From Euryarchaeota archaeon RBG_16_67_27 (GTDB lineage Archaea > Thermoplasmatota > Thermoplasmata > RBG-16-68-12), in assembly GCA_001800745.1 (NCBI GenBank), contig MGVZ01000029.1, forward strand, positions 9,133 through 73,132: 64,000 nt of DNA. The letters are read 5' to 3'. The notes under the pieces are model-generated. The model was given only the letters and a program-made list of their open reading frames with translations, did not search any database and had not been told where the DNA came from. Below are positions 45,618-59,786 of this stretch, piece after piece. A program made the position numbers and the translations under genes. How positions within the stretch are numbered: the stretch's first letter is position 1; every line of letters begins with the position of its first letter.

Positions 45618-46268
45618 TTGGCGCTCGACGCGGAGCTGCTCCAGATCGTGGGCCTTTCGTTCCTCGTCGCAGGCACGTCCACGCTCATCGGCTCCGTGAT
45701 CGGGATCCCGCTCGGCGCGATGATCGCCCTGAAAGAGTTCCGGGGACGCGACTTCGTCCGAACGCTCGCGTTCACCTTCTACGGATTCCCGCCCGTCCTC
45801 GCGGGGCTCCTCGTGTTCCTCCTCCTCTCGAAGGAGGGGCCGCTCGGCTCCCTCGAGTGGCTCTTCACCCCGATCGGCATGGTCGTCGCCCAGGTTCTCA
45901 TCGTCACGCCGATCGTCACGGGGATCACCGCGTCGGCGGTGATGAGCGTCGAGAAACGGCTCCACGAGACCGCGCTCGCGCTCGGCGCGGACGGACGGCA
46001 GTGGCGTGCGACCGCGCTCCACGAGGCCCGGGTCGGGCTTCTGACCGCGGTCATGCTCGGGTTCGGCCGGGCGATCTCCGAGGTCGGGGCGGTCCTCATC
46101 GTCGGCGGCAACATCCGGGGCTACACGCGCGTGCTGACGACCGCGATCGTCCTGGAGACCTCCCAAGCGCACTACGTCGAGGCGACGGTCTTCGGCGTCG
46201 TCCTCTTCGCAGTGTCGTTCGTCGTGTTCGCGGTCCTCCAGCGAGTGCAGGGGAGGGCCTTCCTGTGA
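45618..46268 (+). CDS. tupB: tungstate ABC transporter permease
   Basis: TTG start 1 bp after the tupA stop. Five to six TM helices. ABC-permease EAA-like loop (LGADGRQWRATALHEARVGLLTAVMLGFGRAISEVGA). Confidence 0.8.
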   Translation: MALDAELLQIVGLSFLVAGTSTLIGSVIGIPLGAMIALKEFRGRDFVRTLAFTFYGFPPVLAGLLVFLLLSKEGPLGSLEWLFTPIGMVVAQVLIVTPIVTGITASAVMSVEKRLHETALALGADGRQWRATALHEARVGLLTAVMLGFGRAISEVGAVLIVGGNIRGYTRVLTTAIVLETSQAHYVEATVFGVVLFAVSFVVFAVLQRVQGRAFL

Positions 46269-46999
46269 CCGCGCCGATCGTGATTGAGGCGGTCGAGAAG
46301 GCCTTCGGCGAGAAGGCCGTGCTCCGGGGCGTGAGCGCGGAGATCCAGCGGGGAGAGATTTTCGGCATCCTCGGCCCGAGCGGCGCGGGAAAGACGACCG
46401 TGCTCCGTCTCGTCGACCTCCTCCTCGCCCCGGACGCGGGGCGCATCCTTTTCCATGGGACCGCGCTCGACCCGCGCTCCCCGGAGGCCCTTGCCCAGCG
46501 GCGGCGGATGGCGATGATCATGCAGAATCCCGCCACGTTCCGTGCCTCCGTCTTCGAGAACGTCGCGTTCGGGCTGTGGCTCCGCGGCGCGGACGCAGCG
46601 GAGGTCCGGGCGAGGGTGTTCCAGGCGCTCGAGTTCGTCGGTCTCCTCGGCGCCGCGCGCGAGCGTGCGGACCGCCTGAGTGGCGGGGAGCAGCAGCGGA
46701 TTGCGTTCGCACGCGCGGCCGTCCTTCGGCCGGAGGTCCTCCTCCTTGACGAGTTCACCGCGAACCTCGATCCGGCGAACGTCCGGGCCCTCGAGGAGGC
46801 CACCCTGCGTTACCGAAGGGAGACGGGATGCACCGTGGTAATCGTGACGCACAACCTGTTCCAGGCGAAGCGGCTCGCGGATCGCGCGGCCCTCCTCCTT
46901 GACGGCCGTCTCGTCGAGGTCGCGCCCGCGAAGGACATCTTTGAGAACCCTCAGAGGGCGGAGACGCGGGCGTTCCTGACGGGGGAAATGGCGTACTGA
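46265..46999 (+). CDS. tupC: tungstate ABC transporter ATP-binding protein
   Basis: GTG start overlapping the tupB stop (GTGA). Walker A GPSGAGKTT, signature LSGGEQQRIAFARA, Walker B LLLDEFTANLD. Confidence 0.85.
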   Translation: MTAPIVIEAVEKAFGEKAVLRGVSAEIQRGEIFGILGPSGAGKTTVLRLVDLLLAPDAGRILFHGTALDPRSPEALAQRRRMAMIMQNPATFRASVFENVAFGLWLRGADAAEVRARVFQALEFVGLLGAARERADRLSGGEQQRIAFARAAVLRPEVLLLDEFTANLDPANVRALEEATLRYRRETGCTVVIVTHNLFQAKRLADRAALLLDGRLVEVAPAKDIFENPQRAETRAFLTGEMAY

Positions 47000-47003
47000 C
47001 GGA

Positions 47004-47264
47004 TCACACGAGGGTGACGTCGATCGCCTGGACGCTCCCGACCCCCGGGAGGGTCTGAAGGGATGCCTCGAGCCGGGCGGATCCTCCACCCGCGTCGTCG
47101 ACGACGGCGAGGGCATGGATGGCTTTGAGGCCGAACGCAACCGGCTTCTCTTCCATGCTCCGGAACGCGGTGCCCAATGCCGTGCGGACCGCGTCCTTGA
47201 GCGCGCCGAGGTCGACATCCTCGCCCTCGGGCATGACACGGTAGGTGATCGCGACGGACCCCAT
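47004..47264 (-). CDS. ef1b: translation elongation factor aEF-1 beta
   Basis: MGSVAITYRVMPEGEDVDLGALKDAV...PVAFGLKAIHALAVVDDAGGGSARLEASLQTLPGVGSVQAIDVTLV. This is the canonical archaeal EF1B. Confidence 0.9.
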   Translation of the reverse strand: MGSVAITYRVMPEGEDVDLGALKDAVRTALGTAFRSMEEKPVAFGLKAIHALAVVDDAGGGSARLEASLQTLPGVGSVQAIDVTLV

Positions 47265-47273
47265 CCTCGTCCC

Positions 47274-47444
47274 TCACGGTCCGTGGAAATCGCACGTCGG
47301 GCAGTGGTACGCCACGGACTGGTCCCGACAGCGCGCGCAGCGTCCGATTCTCGTCTTGCCGCAGCTCGGGCACCCGAAGACCGTCGCGCCCTTGCCGATG
47401 AGGACGGCACCACAGGAGGAGCAGCGCGATTCCGCGGGACTCAC
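47274..47444 (-). CDS. small Zn-ribbon protein (COG2888-like, conserved EF-1beta partner)
   Basis: Not in the ORF track. GTG start. (M)SPAESRCSSCGAVLIGKGATVFGCPSCGKTRIGRCARCRDQSVAYHCPTCDFHGP carries three CxxC pairs. It sits 9 bp upstream of ef1b on the same strand, with a TATA box just upstream. Confidence 0.7.
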   Translation of the reverse strand: MSPAESRCSSCGAVLIGKGATVFGCPSCGKTRIGRCARCRDQSVAYHCPTCDFHGP

Positions 47445-47465
47445 GGACGCGAGGAAAGAGCGGGG

Positions 47466-47475
47466 TCTATAAAAT
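47466..47475 (-). promoter_or_regulatory. TATA box (attttataga on minus strand) for the Zn-ribbon/ef1b operon
   Basis: About 25 bp upstream of the GTG at 47444. Confidence 0.5.
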
Positions 47476-47577
47476 GTTGTGGGGCTCGGCGACCGCCCCT
47501 AATTTCATTTCAATTCTGAAATAAATATAGATCCTCGGCGGGCAGGCGCCGGCGCTGGTCGCCCCTTGTGCACCGCA

Positions 47578-47589
47578 AAGTTTAATTAC
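47578..47589 (+). promoter_or_regulatory. BRE/TATA-like element (gcaaagtttaattac) upstream of tRNA-Lys
   Basis: About 50 bp upstream of the tRNA 5' end. A second AT-rich block (47508-47545) lies further upstream. Confidence 0.35.
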
Positions 47590-47635
47590 GGCCGCAGATT
47601 TCGACCGTGGTCGCATGTCGCCGCCGCTAGCCCGA

Positions 47636-47797
47636 GGGCCCGTAGCTCAGCTAGGTTGGACGGCGAACCCGTCGTCCCTAGAAAGAGCATCTGGCTTTTA
47701 GCCGCGCCCCTCGCGGGGTGCGGGTGGAAACCAGGTGGTCCGGGGTTCGAACGGGTCCTGCGACCCGCGCGGGGCCTCGAAAGTCCCCGCGGGCCCG
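47636..47797 (+). tRNA. tRNA-Lys (anticodon UUU) with three putative introns (D-loop, canonical 37/38, after T-loop)
   Basis: A 7-bp acceptor stem is formed by the ends of the 162-nt stretch (GGGCCCG / CGGGCCC + G). D-stem GCUC/GAGC is split by about 27 nt. Anticodon stem UCUGG/CCAGG carries loop CUUUUA, followed by a 29-nt insert. T-stem CGGGG/CCCCG with T-loop UUCGAAC is followed by a 32-nt insert. The spliced length is 74 nt. Confidence 0.7.
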
Positions 47798-47872
47798 CAC
47801 GGCCAGCTGCGTGACATGCCAGGTGGGACAAGCCAGGCCGCCGAAGGGGGGACGCCCTTGAGGTTCAACGTG

Positions 47873-48109
47873 ATGGAGCATCAGCTCGTACCAGAGCACC
47901 GCCTCGTTTCCGAGGAAGAGGCGGAGCGGATCTTGAAGGCCCTGCGGATTACCCGAGACCAGCTGCCGAAGATCCGGCGGAGCGACCCGGTGATCCAGCT
48001 CCTCGAGCGGATCGAGGGCCCGATTGATGAGGGCCGGATCATCCGAGTCACCCGCGTGAGCAGCACCGCGGGCGTGTCCGAAGCGTACCGCCTCGTCATC
48101 GGGAGGTAG
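47873..48109 (+). CDS. rpoH: DNA-directed RNA polymerase subunit H (Rpb5 homologue)
   Basis: MEHQLVPEHRLVSEEEAERILKALRITRDQLPKIRRSDPVIQ... The start may instead be the TTG at 47858 (MRFNVMEHQ). Confidence 0.85.
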   Translation: MEHQLVPEHRLVSEEEAERILKALRITRDQLPKIRRSDPVIQLLERIEGPIDEGRIIRVTRVSSTAGVSEAYRLVIGR

Positions 48110-48112
48110 ACC

Positions 48113-51100
48113 ATGCGCGAGCTCATCGACGCGTTCTTTCGCGAGCGATCGATCGTGAACCACCACACCGCCTCGTTCAATGACTTCCTTCCCACGATCG
48201 ACAACCCGAACTCGCGGATGCAGCGGATCGTGGACAACCACCGGTCCTCGCCCGAGGACGAACGCCGGGGGATCATCAAGCTCGACGAGGACCGCACGGA
48301 AGGCGACATCATCGAGATCCGGATCGGGCGGAAGCGGGACGAGCGCGGGCGGATCGACATCGAGGCGAAGCCGACGATCGCCCTCGGCCTCCCCGTCGTC
48401 AAGGAGGCGAACGGCGCCACCCACGCGCTCTCGCCCATGGAAGCCCGCCTCCGGAATCTGAACTACACCGCGCCGATTTACCTCGACTTCACGGTCATCG
48501 AGAACGGCATCGAACGGGAGCCGGAGCGCGTCCACATCGGGAACCTCCCGATCATGACGAAGTCGAAGAAGTGCCTTCTGTACAAGGAGAACCTGGAGAC
48601 GGAGGGCGAGCTCACCCTCGACGAGTATCGCCGGAAGCTCATCGAGAAGGGCGAGGACCCGTGCGACCCGGGCGGGTACTATATCATCGGCGGCACGGAA
48701 CGCACGCTCATCTCCCTCGAGGACCTCGCGCCGAACCGCGTCCTCGTGGAGTTCAACGAGCGCTACGGGAGGAAGGTCGAGGTCGCGAAGGTCTTCTCCC
48801 AGAAGGAGGGGTACCGCGCCCTCACTCTGATGGAGAAGAAGAAGGACGGTCAGCTCATCGTATCCGTGCCGACGGCATCCGGCCAGATCCCGTTGATCAT
48901 CCTCATGAAGGCACTGGGGATGGAGAAGGACTCCGAGATCCACGACGCGGTCGTGTCCCACCCCGCGATGGCGAACATCGTCTACGCGAACATCGAGGAA
49001 GTGAAGAACAAGAAGCTGTACCCGCCGAACGGCATCCTCACGCGGGACGACGCGATCAACTACCTGGAGAAGAAGTTCGCGACGGGCCAGGCGAAGGAGT
49101 ACCGGACGAAGAAGGTCGAGTCGATCCTCGACCGGTCTCTCCTCCCCCACCTCGGCGACGCCCGTGAAGACCGGATCAAGAAGGCGATCTTCCTCGGCCG
49201 CGTCGCGCGCACGGTCCTCGAGCTCTCCCTCGGGAAGCGCCGCGAGGACGACAAGGACCACTACGCGAACAAGCGCCTCAAGCTCGCGGGGGACCTCATG
49301 GAGGACCTCTTCCGGGTCGCGTTCGCGAACCTGATCAAGGACCTCAAGTACCAGCTCGAGCGGTCGTACGCTCGGCGGCGCGAACTGAAGATCGCGTCCG
49401 CAATCCGGCCGGACCTCCTCACGCAGCGCCTCCTCCACGCCCTGGCGACGGGGAACTGGGTCGGCGGACGGGCGGGCGTCAGCCAGCTTCTCGACCGGAC
49501 CTCGAACATGTCCACCCTGAGCCACCTGCGACGGGTGACGAGCCCCCTCACGCGGTCCCAGCCGCATTTCGAGGCGCGCGACCTGCACCCGACGCAGTGG
49601 GGCCGGCTCTGCCCCAACGAGACGCCGGAAGGCCAGAACTGCGGCCTGGTGAAGAACTGCGCTCTCGTCATCGACGTGTCCGAAGGCTTCCCCGACGACG
49701 AGGTGAAGATCCTCCTCGCGGACCTGGGCACGAAGCAGGTGAAAGGTCAGCAGACGACGTACACGCGGGTGTACGTGAACGGCGACCTCGTCGGGCTCCA
49801 CGAGGACCCGCACATGCTCGTCGCCGAGATCCGGGAGCGGCGGCGGAGCGGCCTACTCAGCCATGAGGTCAACGTCCGGTACGACGAGAACATGGGGGAG
49901 ATCATCATCAACTGCGACGAGGGCCGCATCCGCAGGCCCCTCCTCGTCGCGAAGGAGGGCCACCTCTCCCTGACGAAGAAGCACCTCGAGGACCTTCGTC
50001 TCGGGCGCACCCGCTTCTCCGACCTGATCCGGAACGGCGTTGTCGAGTGGATCGACGCGGAGGAGGAAGAGGACACGTACATCGCGATCTACCCCTACGA
50101 CGTCCCGAGCCGCTGCAAGGAGTGCAAGCGTCCCCTGAGCCGGAACGACGTGTCGTGGGTGAACATGGGCGCGAAGGAGGACGAGATCGAGCTCGAGTGC
50201 CAGGAGTGCCACAAGTCGTTCCGCGTGAAGCCGCATGTCTCCCGAGAGACGACGCATCTCGAGGTCGACCCGATGGTCATCCTCGGCGTCGCCTCGGGCC
50301 TCGTCCCGTACCCCGAGCACAACTCGTCCCCTCGCGTCACGATGGGCGCGGGGATGGCGAAACAGTCCCTCGGCCTCGGGGCGAGCAACTACCGCGCCCG
50401 CCCGGACACGCGGAGCCATCTCCTCCACTACCCGCAGAAGCCGCTCGTCCAGACGGACTCGATGCCGTATGTGTCGTTCAACGAGAGGCCCGCGGGACAG
50501 AACTTCGTCGTCGGCGTGATGTCCTACCATGGCTACAACATGGAGGACGCGATCGTGATGAACAAGGCGTCGATCGAGCGTGGCCTCGGCCGGTCCTCGT
50601 TCATGCGGACGTACCGGGCGGAGGAGCGGCGATACCCCGGCGGCCAGGAGGACCACTTCGAGATCCCTTCGCCCGACGTGCGAGGCGCTCGGGCCGACCT
50701 GAGCTATGCGAGCCTCACCCCGGACGATGGTCTGATCTCCCCGGAGGTCCTGGTCACGGGGGGTGAGGTGCTGATCGGGAAGACGAGCCCTCCGCGGTTC
50801 CTGGAGGAGGAGACGGACTTCCTCACGCCCCAGAAGCGTCGGGAGACGTCGATCACGGTCCGCCACGGCGAGAGCGGATGGGTCGACTCCGTCATGCTCA
50901 CGGAGAGCGAGAACGGGTCGAAGCTCGCGAAGGTCAAGGTCCGGGACCTCCGCGTCCCGGAGCTCGGGGACAAGTTCGCCTCCCGCCACGGGCAGAAGGG
51001 CGTAATCGGGCTGATCGCGTCCCAAGAGGACATGCCGTTCACGGGCCAGGGCATCATCCCCGACCTGATCATCAACCCCCACGCGATCCCATCGCGCATG

Positions 51101-51702
51101 ACCGTCGCGCACGTCCTCGAACAGATCGGCGGCAAGGTCGCCTCGTTCGAGGGCCGGGACATCGACGGGACCCCGTTCAGCGGCGAGCGCGAGGAGTCCC
51201 TCCGGAAGGCGCTCGAGGAGGCCGGCTTCCGGTCGAACGGAAAGGAGATCCTGTACGACGGGAAGACGGGGCGGATGATTCCCGCGGAGATCTTCATCGG
51301 CGTGATCTACTACCAGAAGCTCCACCACATGGTCTCCGGGAAGCTCCACGTGCGGAGCCGCGGACCCGTGCAGATCCTCACGCGTCAGCCGACGGAGGGG
51401 CGCTCCCGCCAGGGCGGCCTCCGGTTCGGTGAGATGGAGCGAGACTGCCTGATCGGCCACGGCGCGGCCATGGTGATCAAGGACCGCCTGCTCGACGAGT
51501 CGGACGGGACGATCCAGTACGTCTGCGGGAACCCCGACTGCGGCCACTTCGCGATCAAGGACCGGAAAGGGAACCTTCGCTGCCCTGTGTGCGAGAACAC
51601 GTCGAAGATCTACCCGGTGCAAACGTCGTACGCGTTCAAGCTCCTCCTTGACGAGCTCCTGTCCCTCGGCGTCGCCATGCGCCTGCAGCTGGAGGACCTC
51701 AA

Positions 51703-51706
<4 letters not shown>
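48113..51706 (+). CDS. rpoB: DNA-directed RNA polymerase subunit B (unsplit)
   Basis: 1197 aa. It carries all Rpb2 conserved regions in a single ORF and ends with a [11 protein letters not shown] zinc ribbon. Confidence 0.97.
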
Positions 51707-56323
<4,617 letters not shown>

Positions 56324-56331
56324 GTGTCCGA

Positions 56332-56757
56332 ATGGTCGAGGTCACCTTCGACGAACGCACGATGACGTTCGTTGCACTCTTCCAAGACGTTACCCGCACG
56401 ACCGTCGTGGACTGCGTGGACGCTGTGGATCGCCTGATCTTCGTTGTGAAGGAAGGCGACATCGGCAAGGCGATCGGCAAGAAAGGCGAGCACGTCGCGA
56501 AGCTGAAGCGAATCATGAACAAGGATATCCATGTCGTCGAATACGCCGACGCCCCCGAGAAGTTCGTCGCAAACGTATTCCGGAACTACGACGTGAAGGG
56601 CGTGCATATCGAGCAGCGGGGCGACGTGACCCATGCGACGGTGACCGTCGACGCGAAGAAGAAGGGCCGGGCGATCGGCAAGGAGGGGCGGAACCTCCGC
56701 GTGTCGCGCGACCTCATCGCCCGACACCATCCAATCCAGAGCGTCAGCGTCGCGTGA
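56332..56757 (+). CDS. nusA: archaeal NusA homologue (tandem KH domains)
   Basis: MVEVTFDERTMTFVALFQDVTRTTVVDCV...KEGDIGKAIGKKGEHVAKL...GRAIGKEGRNLRVS. Both KH GxxG loops are present. Confidence 0.9.
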   Translation: MVEVTFDERTMTFVALFQDVTRTTVVDCVDAVDRLIFVVKEGDIGKAIGKKGEHVAKLKRIMNKDIHVVEYADAPEKFVANVFRNYDVKGVHIEQRGDVTHATVTVDAKKKGRAIGKEGRNLRVSRDLIARHHPIQSVSVA

Positions 56758-56837
56758 CTTTCGGGAGGGTCGAGTCGCGCGGCACCGCGACGGTCGAGGC
56801 CGTCACTGGGCCGCCGGCGGGGATGCGTCATCCGCAA

Positions 56838-56848
56838 GCGTTAATATC
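56838..56848 (+). promoter_or_regulatory. TATA-like box (gcgttaatatc) upstream of the SNF2 ATPase gene
   Basis: The only AT-rich element in the 144-bp nusA/SNF2 spacer, about 55 bp before the ATG at 56902. Confidence 0.35.
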
Positions 56849-56901
56849 GCCGCGGGCCATCGACGGCCGCCCGCGCCTGCGGGCGAAGGGACCCCCGTTC
56901 G

Positions 56902-58668
56902 ATGAGCGTCCTCCCCCCGGAGGCGACTCCTTCCGCAGACGCCTCCTTGCAGCTCGAGTTCTCCGAGCAAGACCGCGGGATCCTCGATCTCTTCGGCCGA
57001 GGTCCCCCGGACGGATCGCGCGCCTGGCGCCTCAACGGTCTCGCGCATCGCCTCAGCCTTGTTCAGGGATTCGACACGCTCCTCGGATGGCCGGTTCTGC
57101 GAGGCGTCGCGAGATACCCTCACCAGGAAAAGGCGGTCCTCCGGGTCCTGCGGGACATGGGAGGACGCGCGGTCCTGGCGGATGAGGTCGGGCTGGGGAA
57201 GACGATCGAGGCCGGCCTCGTCCTCAAGGAGTACGCGGTCCGGGGGCTTATCCACCGCGGCCTGATCCTCACCCCCCCGGGCCTCCGGTCGCAGTGGCGG
57301 GAGGAGATGAAGGAGAAATTCGGGCTCCCGTTCGAGCTCCTTCGAGGCACCGAGGACTGGGCGCGCCATCCGTTCCTCATCGCGTCTCTCGACACAGCGA
57401 AACGCGAGCCTCACGCATCCGCGGCCCGCGGGGTTCCCTGGGACATCGTCGTCGTGGACGAGGCCCACCGGCTCAAGAACCGCGAGAGCCGGAACTCGAA
57501 GTTCGTCGCGAGCCTCCACCGGCGACGCATGCTCCTCCTCACCGCGACGCCGGTTCAGAACGATCTGGCCGAGCTGTTCAACCTCGTCAGCCTGCTCAAA
57601 CCGGGTCAGCTGCACACGTTCACGGAGTTCGTCTCGCGCTACGTCGCGAGTTCTGACGGGCGCGTCCCCGCCCGCGTCCCGGAGCTTCGCAGCCGGCTCA
57701 AGGACGTCATGGTCCGGAATCGGCGAGGGATCTCGTTCGAACTCCCGCCGCGAAGGGTCCACTCCCTCGCCGTTCGCCTCACGCCGGAGGAACGTCGCCT
57801 CTACGACGGCGTCACTGCGTTCGTGCGGGAAGCGTACGGCACCCCCGTCCACCGCCTGCCATTTGCCGCGAAGCTCACCCTGATCGTTCTTCAGAGGGAG
57901 ATCGGGAGCAGCACGTTCGCGGCGGCCCGGACCCTCGCGAAGCTCCGCGAGAGTTCTCTCTTCGGTCCCGAGCATCGGGACCGGTTGGCGGCTCTTCACG
58001 ACGAAGCCTGCGCGATCCGCGCGAACGTGAAAGCGGGCCACCTGAGGCGGTTCCTCGCGTCCACGGACGAGAAGGTCCTCGTGTTCACGCAGTACCTTCG
58101 GACGCTGGAGTACCTCCGCGGCGTCCTCGAGTCCGACGGCATCTCCGTCTCGATCTACCATGGCGGCCTCTCGCCCGCTGCGAAGGAGGACGCGGTGCGC
58201 GCGTTCCGGGGCGACCGCCGTTGTTTCCTGAGCACGGAGGCCGGCGGCGAAGGCCGGAACCTGCAGTTCGCTCGGACCCTCGTGAACTACGACCTTCCCT
58301 GGAACCCCCTGCGAATCGAGCAGCGAATCGGCCGTGTCCATCGGCTCGGCCAGGAGCGGGAGGTCCACGTCGTGAACCTCTGGGCGGTGGACACCGTGGA
58401 GGAGTATCTCATCGAACTCCTGGACCGGAAGATCCACATGTTCGAGCTCGTTGTCGGCGAGCTCGACCTCATCCTCGGAGACCTTGAAGGCCGCAAATCT
58501 TTCGAGGAGCTGCTCATGGACATCTGGGTCCTCAAGGAGACGGAGGCGCGCCGGGAGGCCCTCCGACGGCTCGGCGACGCCCTCGTCCGTGCCCGCGCCG
58601 GATACGAGGACCTCAAGGATCGGAACGATGAGATCCTCCGGACGATGAGCGAGGAGGTCGCCGCGTGA
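56902..58668 (+). CDS. SWI2/SNF2-family ATPase (RapA/HepA-like core helicase, no large accessory domains)
   Basis: Motif I LADEVGLGKTIEA, motif II VVVDEAHRLKN, motif III LLLTATPVQN, and helicase-C motifs (..LSTEAGGEGRNLQ.., ..QRIGRVHRLGQ..). 588 aa. Confidence 0.88.
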   Translation: MSVLPPEATPSADASLQLEFSEQDRGILDLFGRGPPDGSRAWRLNGLAHRLSLVQGFDTLLGWPVLRGVARYPHQEKAVLRVLRDMGGRAVLADEVGLGKTIEAGLVLKEYAVRGLIHRGLILTPPGLRSQWREEMKEKFGLPFELLRGTEDWARHPFLIASLDTAKREPHASAARGVPWDIVVVDEAHRLKNRESRNSKFVASLHRRRMLLLTATPVQNDLAELFNLVSLLKPGQLHTFTEFVSRYVASSDGRVPARVPELRSRLKDVMVRNRRGISFELPPRRVHSLAVRLTPEERRLYDGVTAFVREAYGTPVHRLPFAAKLTLIVLQREIGSSTFAAARTLAKLRESSLFGPEHRDRLAALHDEACAIRANVKAGHLRRFLASTDEKVLVFTQYLRTLEYLRGVLESDGISVSIYHGGLSPAAKEDAVRAFRGDRRCFLSTEAGGEGRNLQFARTLVNYDLPWNPLRIEQRIGRVHRLGQEREVHVVNLWAVDTVEEYLIELLDRKIHMFELVVGELDLILGDLEGRKSFEELLMDIWVLKETEARREALRRLGDALVRARAGYEDLKDRNDEILRTMSEEVAA

Positions 58669-59786
58669 GCGACGCCGACCCGGTCCGAGGCTTCGTCGCG
58701 GAGGTGCTCTCGGACCTCGGGGCGGATCTCTCCGAGCACGACGGCATCCTCTGGGTCACCGCGGCGGAGGGCCTCCAGCGGGCACTCGAGGTCCCCAGGC
58801 ACGTGGCCCTCGCCTTCGACCCGGTCGCGGCGGACGCAAGCCGTGCGGAGCTCGTCGCGCCGGGGAGCTTCTTGCTCGAGCGGATCCTCGCCCTCGCGAC
58901 CGCACGCGGGCGATGGGACGTCGGGCGGGTTGCGGTCGCCTCCCCCGCATGGGCGAGAGATGCGCTGAGTGGCGCGGGGCTACCCCGAGCCTGGGTCGAG
59001 CGTGCGTCCGTCGAAGACCTCGGCGAGGAGCCCTTCGTCTGCTTCACGTTCCGCGTCACCCTGACCTCGGACGCCAAGCGAGAGACGTACCACGCGATCC
59101 TCGTGTCCCGACAGGATGCGTGGGAGGTCCTCCCGGAGGAGGCCGAGGTCCCGCTGGTCCCCGTCACGATCCCTCCGTCGCTTGTCGACCTCCACGCCGG
59201 ATACGACCTCGCGCGGCGGTTTCTCTCGGCTCGGCTCCTTGAGTCCCTCGAGGCGTTCCGGCGGGAGTCGATCGCAGCGCTCGACGAGGAAGTCCGTCGG
59301 ATCTTCGCCTACTTCGATGGGACGGTCCGGGAGATCCGAGCGGCGTCTGCGGAGGTTGCGCGAGAACTGATCGCGGCGGTCGAGGGGGAGAGGGATCGCC
59401 GGCTCGCAGAGGCCCTGGAACGGTTCGAGCCCCACGCCACGGCGGCGCTCTGCGGCGTCCGCGTCGTCCTCGCTCCCCGGGCGGTCGCTCGGTCCGGCAC
59501 CACCGCGGATCCCGCCGTGGTCGAGATCGACGCGTTCGCGAGACGGGCTCGCGGCCTCCGCTGTTCCCGATGTGGGAACGTCGACGGCCCATGGTCCGCC
59601 GACTCCCTCGGACGGATCACCTGCGCGGGCTGCACACCTACGGGAGCCGCATCCGCTCGACCTCGAGGCCATCCGCGGTCGGGTATTCCTCGACGACGTA
59701 CGAAGGCCGGCCGAGCCTCGGTGCGATCTCCTCGAGGATCCAAGGAGCGATCTCGATTCGACGGCGCGACCCGTCGAGGCGCATGA
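58665..59786 (+). CDS. hypothetical protein with C-terminal zinc ribbon, translationally coupled to the SNF2 ATPase
   Basis: The GTG start overlaps the SNF2 stop (GTGA). It contains ..CSRCGNVDGPWSADSLGRITCAGC.. The last ~50 aa (Arg/Pro-rich) overlap the convergent radical-SAM gene and may be read-through. Confidence 0.55.
   Translation: MSDADPVRGFVAEVLSDLGADLSEHDGILWVTAAEGLQRALEVPRHVALAFDPVAADASRAELVAPGSFLLERILALATARGRWDVGRVAVASPAWARDALSGAGLPRAWVERASVEDLGEEPFVCFTFRVTLTSDAKRETYHAILVSRQDAWEVLPEEAEVPLVPVTIPPSLVDLHAGYDLARRFLSARLLESLEAFRRESIAALDEEVRRIFAYFDGTVREIRAASAEVARELIAAVEGERDRRLAEALERFEPHATAALCGVRVVLAPRAVARSGTTADPAVVEIDAFARRARGLRCSRCGNVDGPWSADSLGRITCAGCTPTGAASARPRGHPRSGIPRRRTKAGRASVRSPRGSKERSRFDGATRRGA

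Noticed and set aside
45857-46999. 380-aa extended form of the ABC ATPase
   Set aside because: The upstream 136 codons are an alternative frame of tupB. The GTG start overlapping the tupB stop gives a canonical 244-aa ATPase.
47480-47560. AT-rich block (taatttcatttcaattctgaaataaatatagatcc) as a possible C/D-box sRNA or small gene
   Set aside because: It has a CUGA element but no convincing C box (RUGAUGA) and no ORF. It is more simply explained as divergent promoter/UP region between the ef1b operon and tRNA-Lys.
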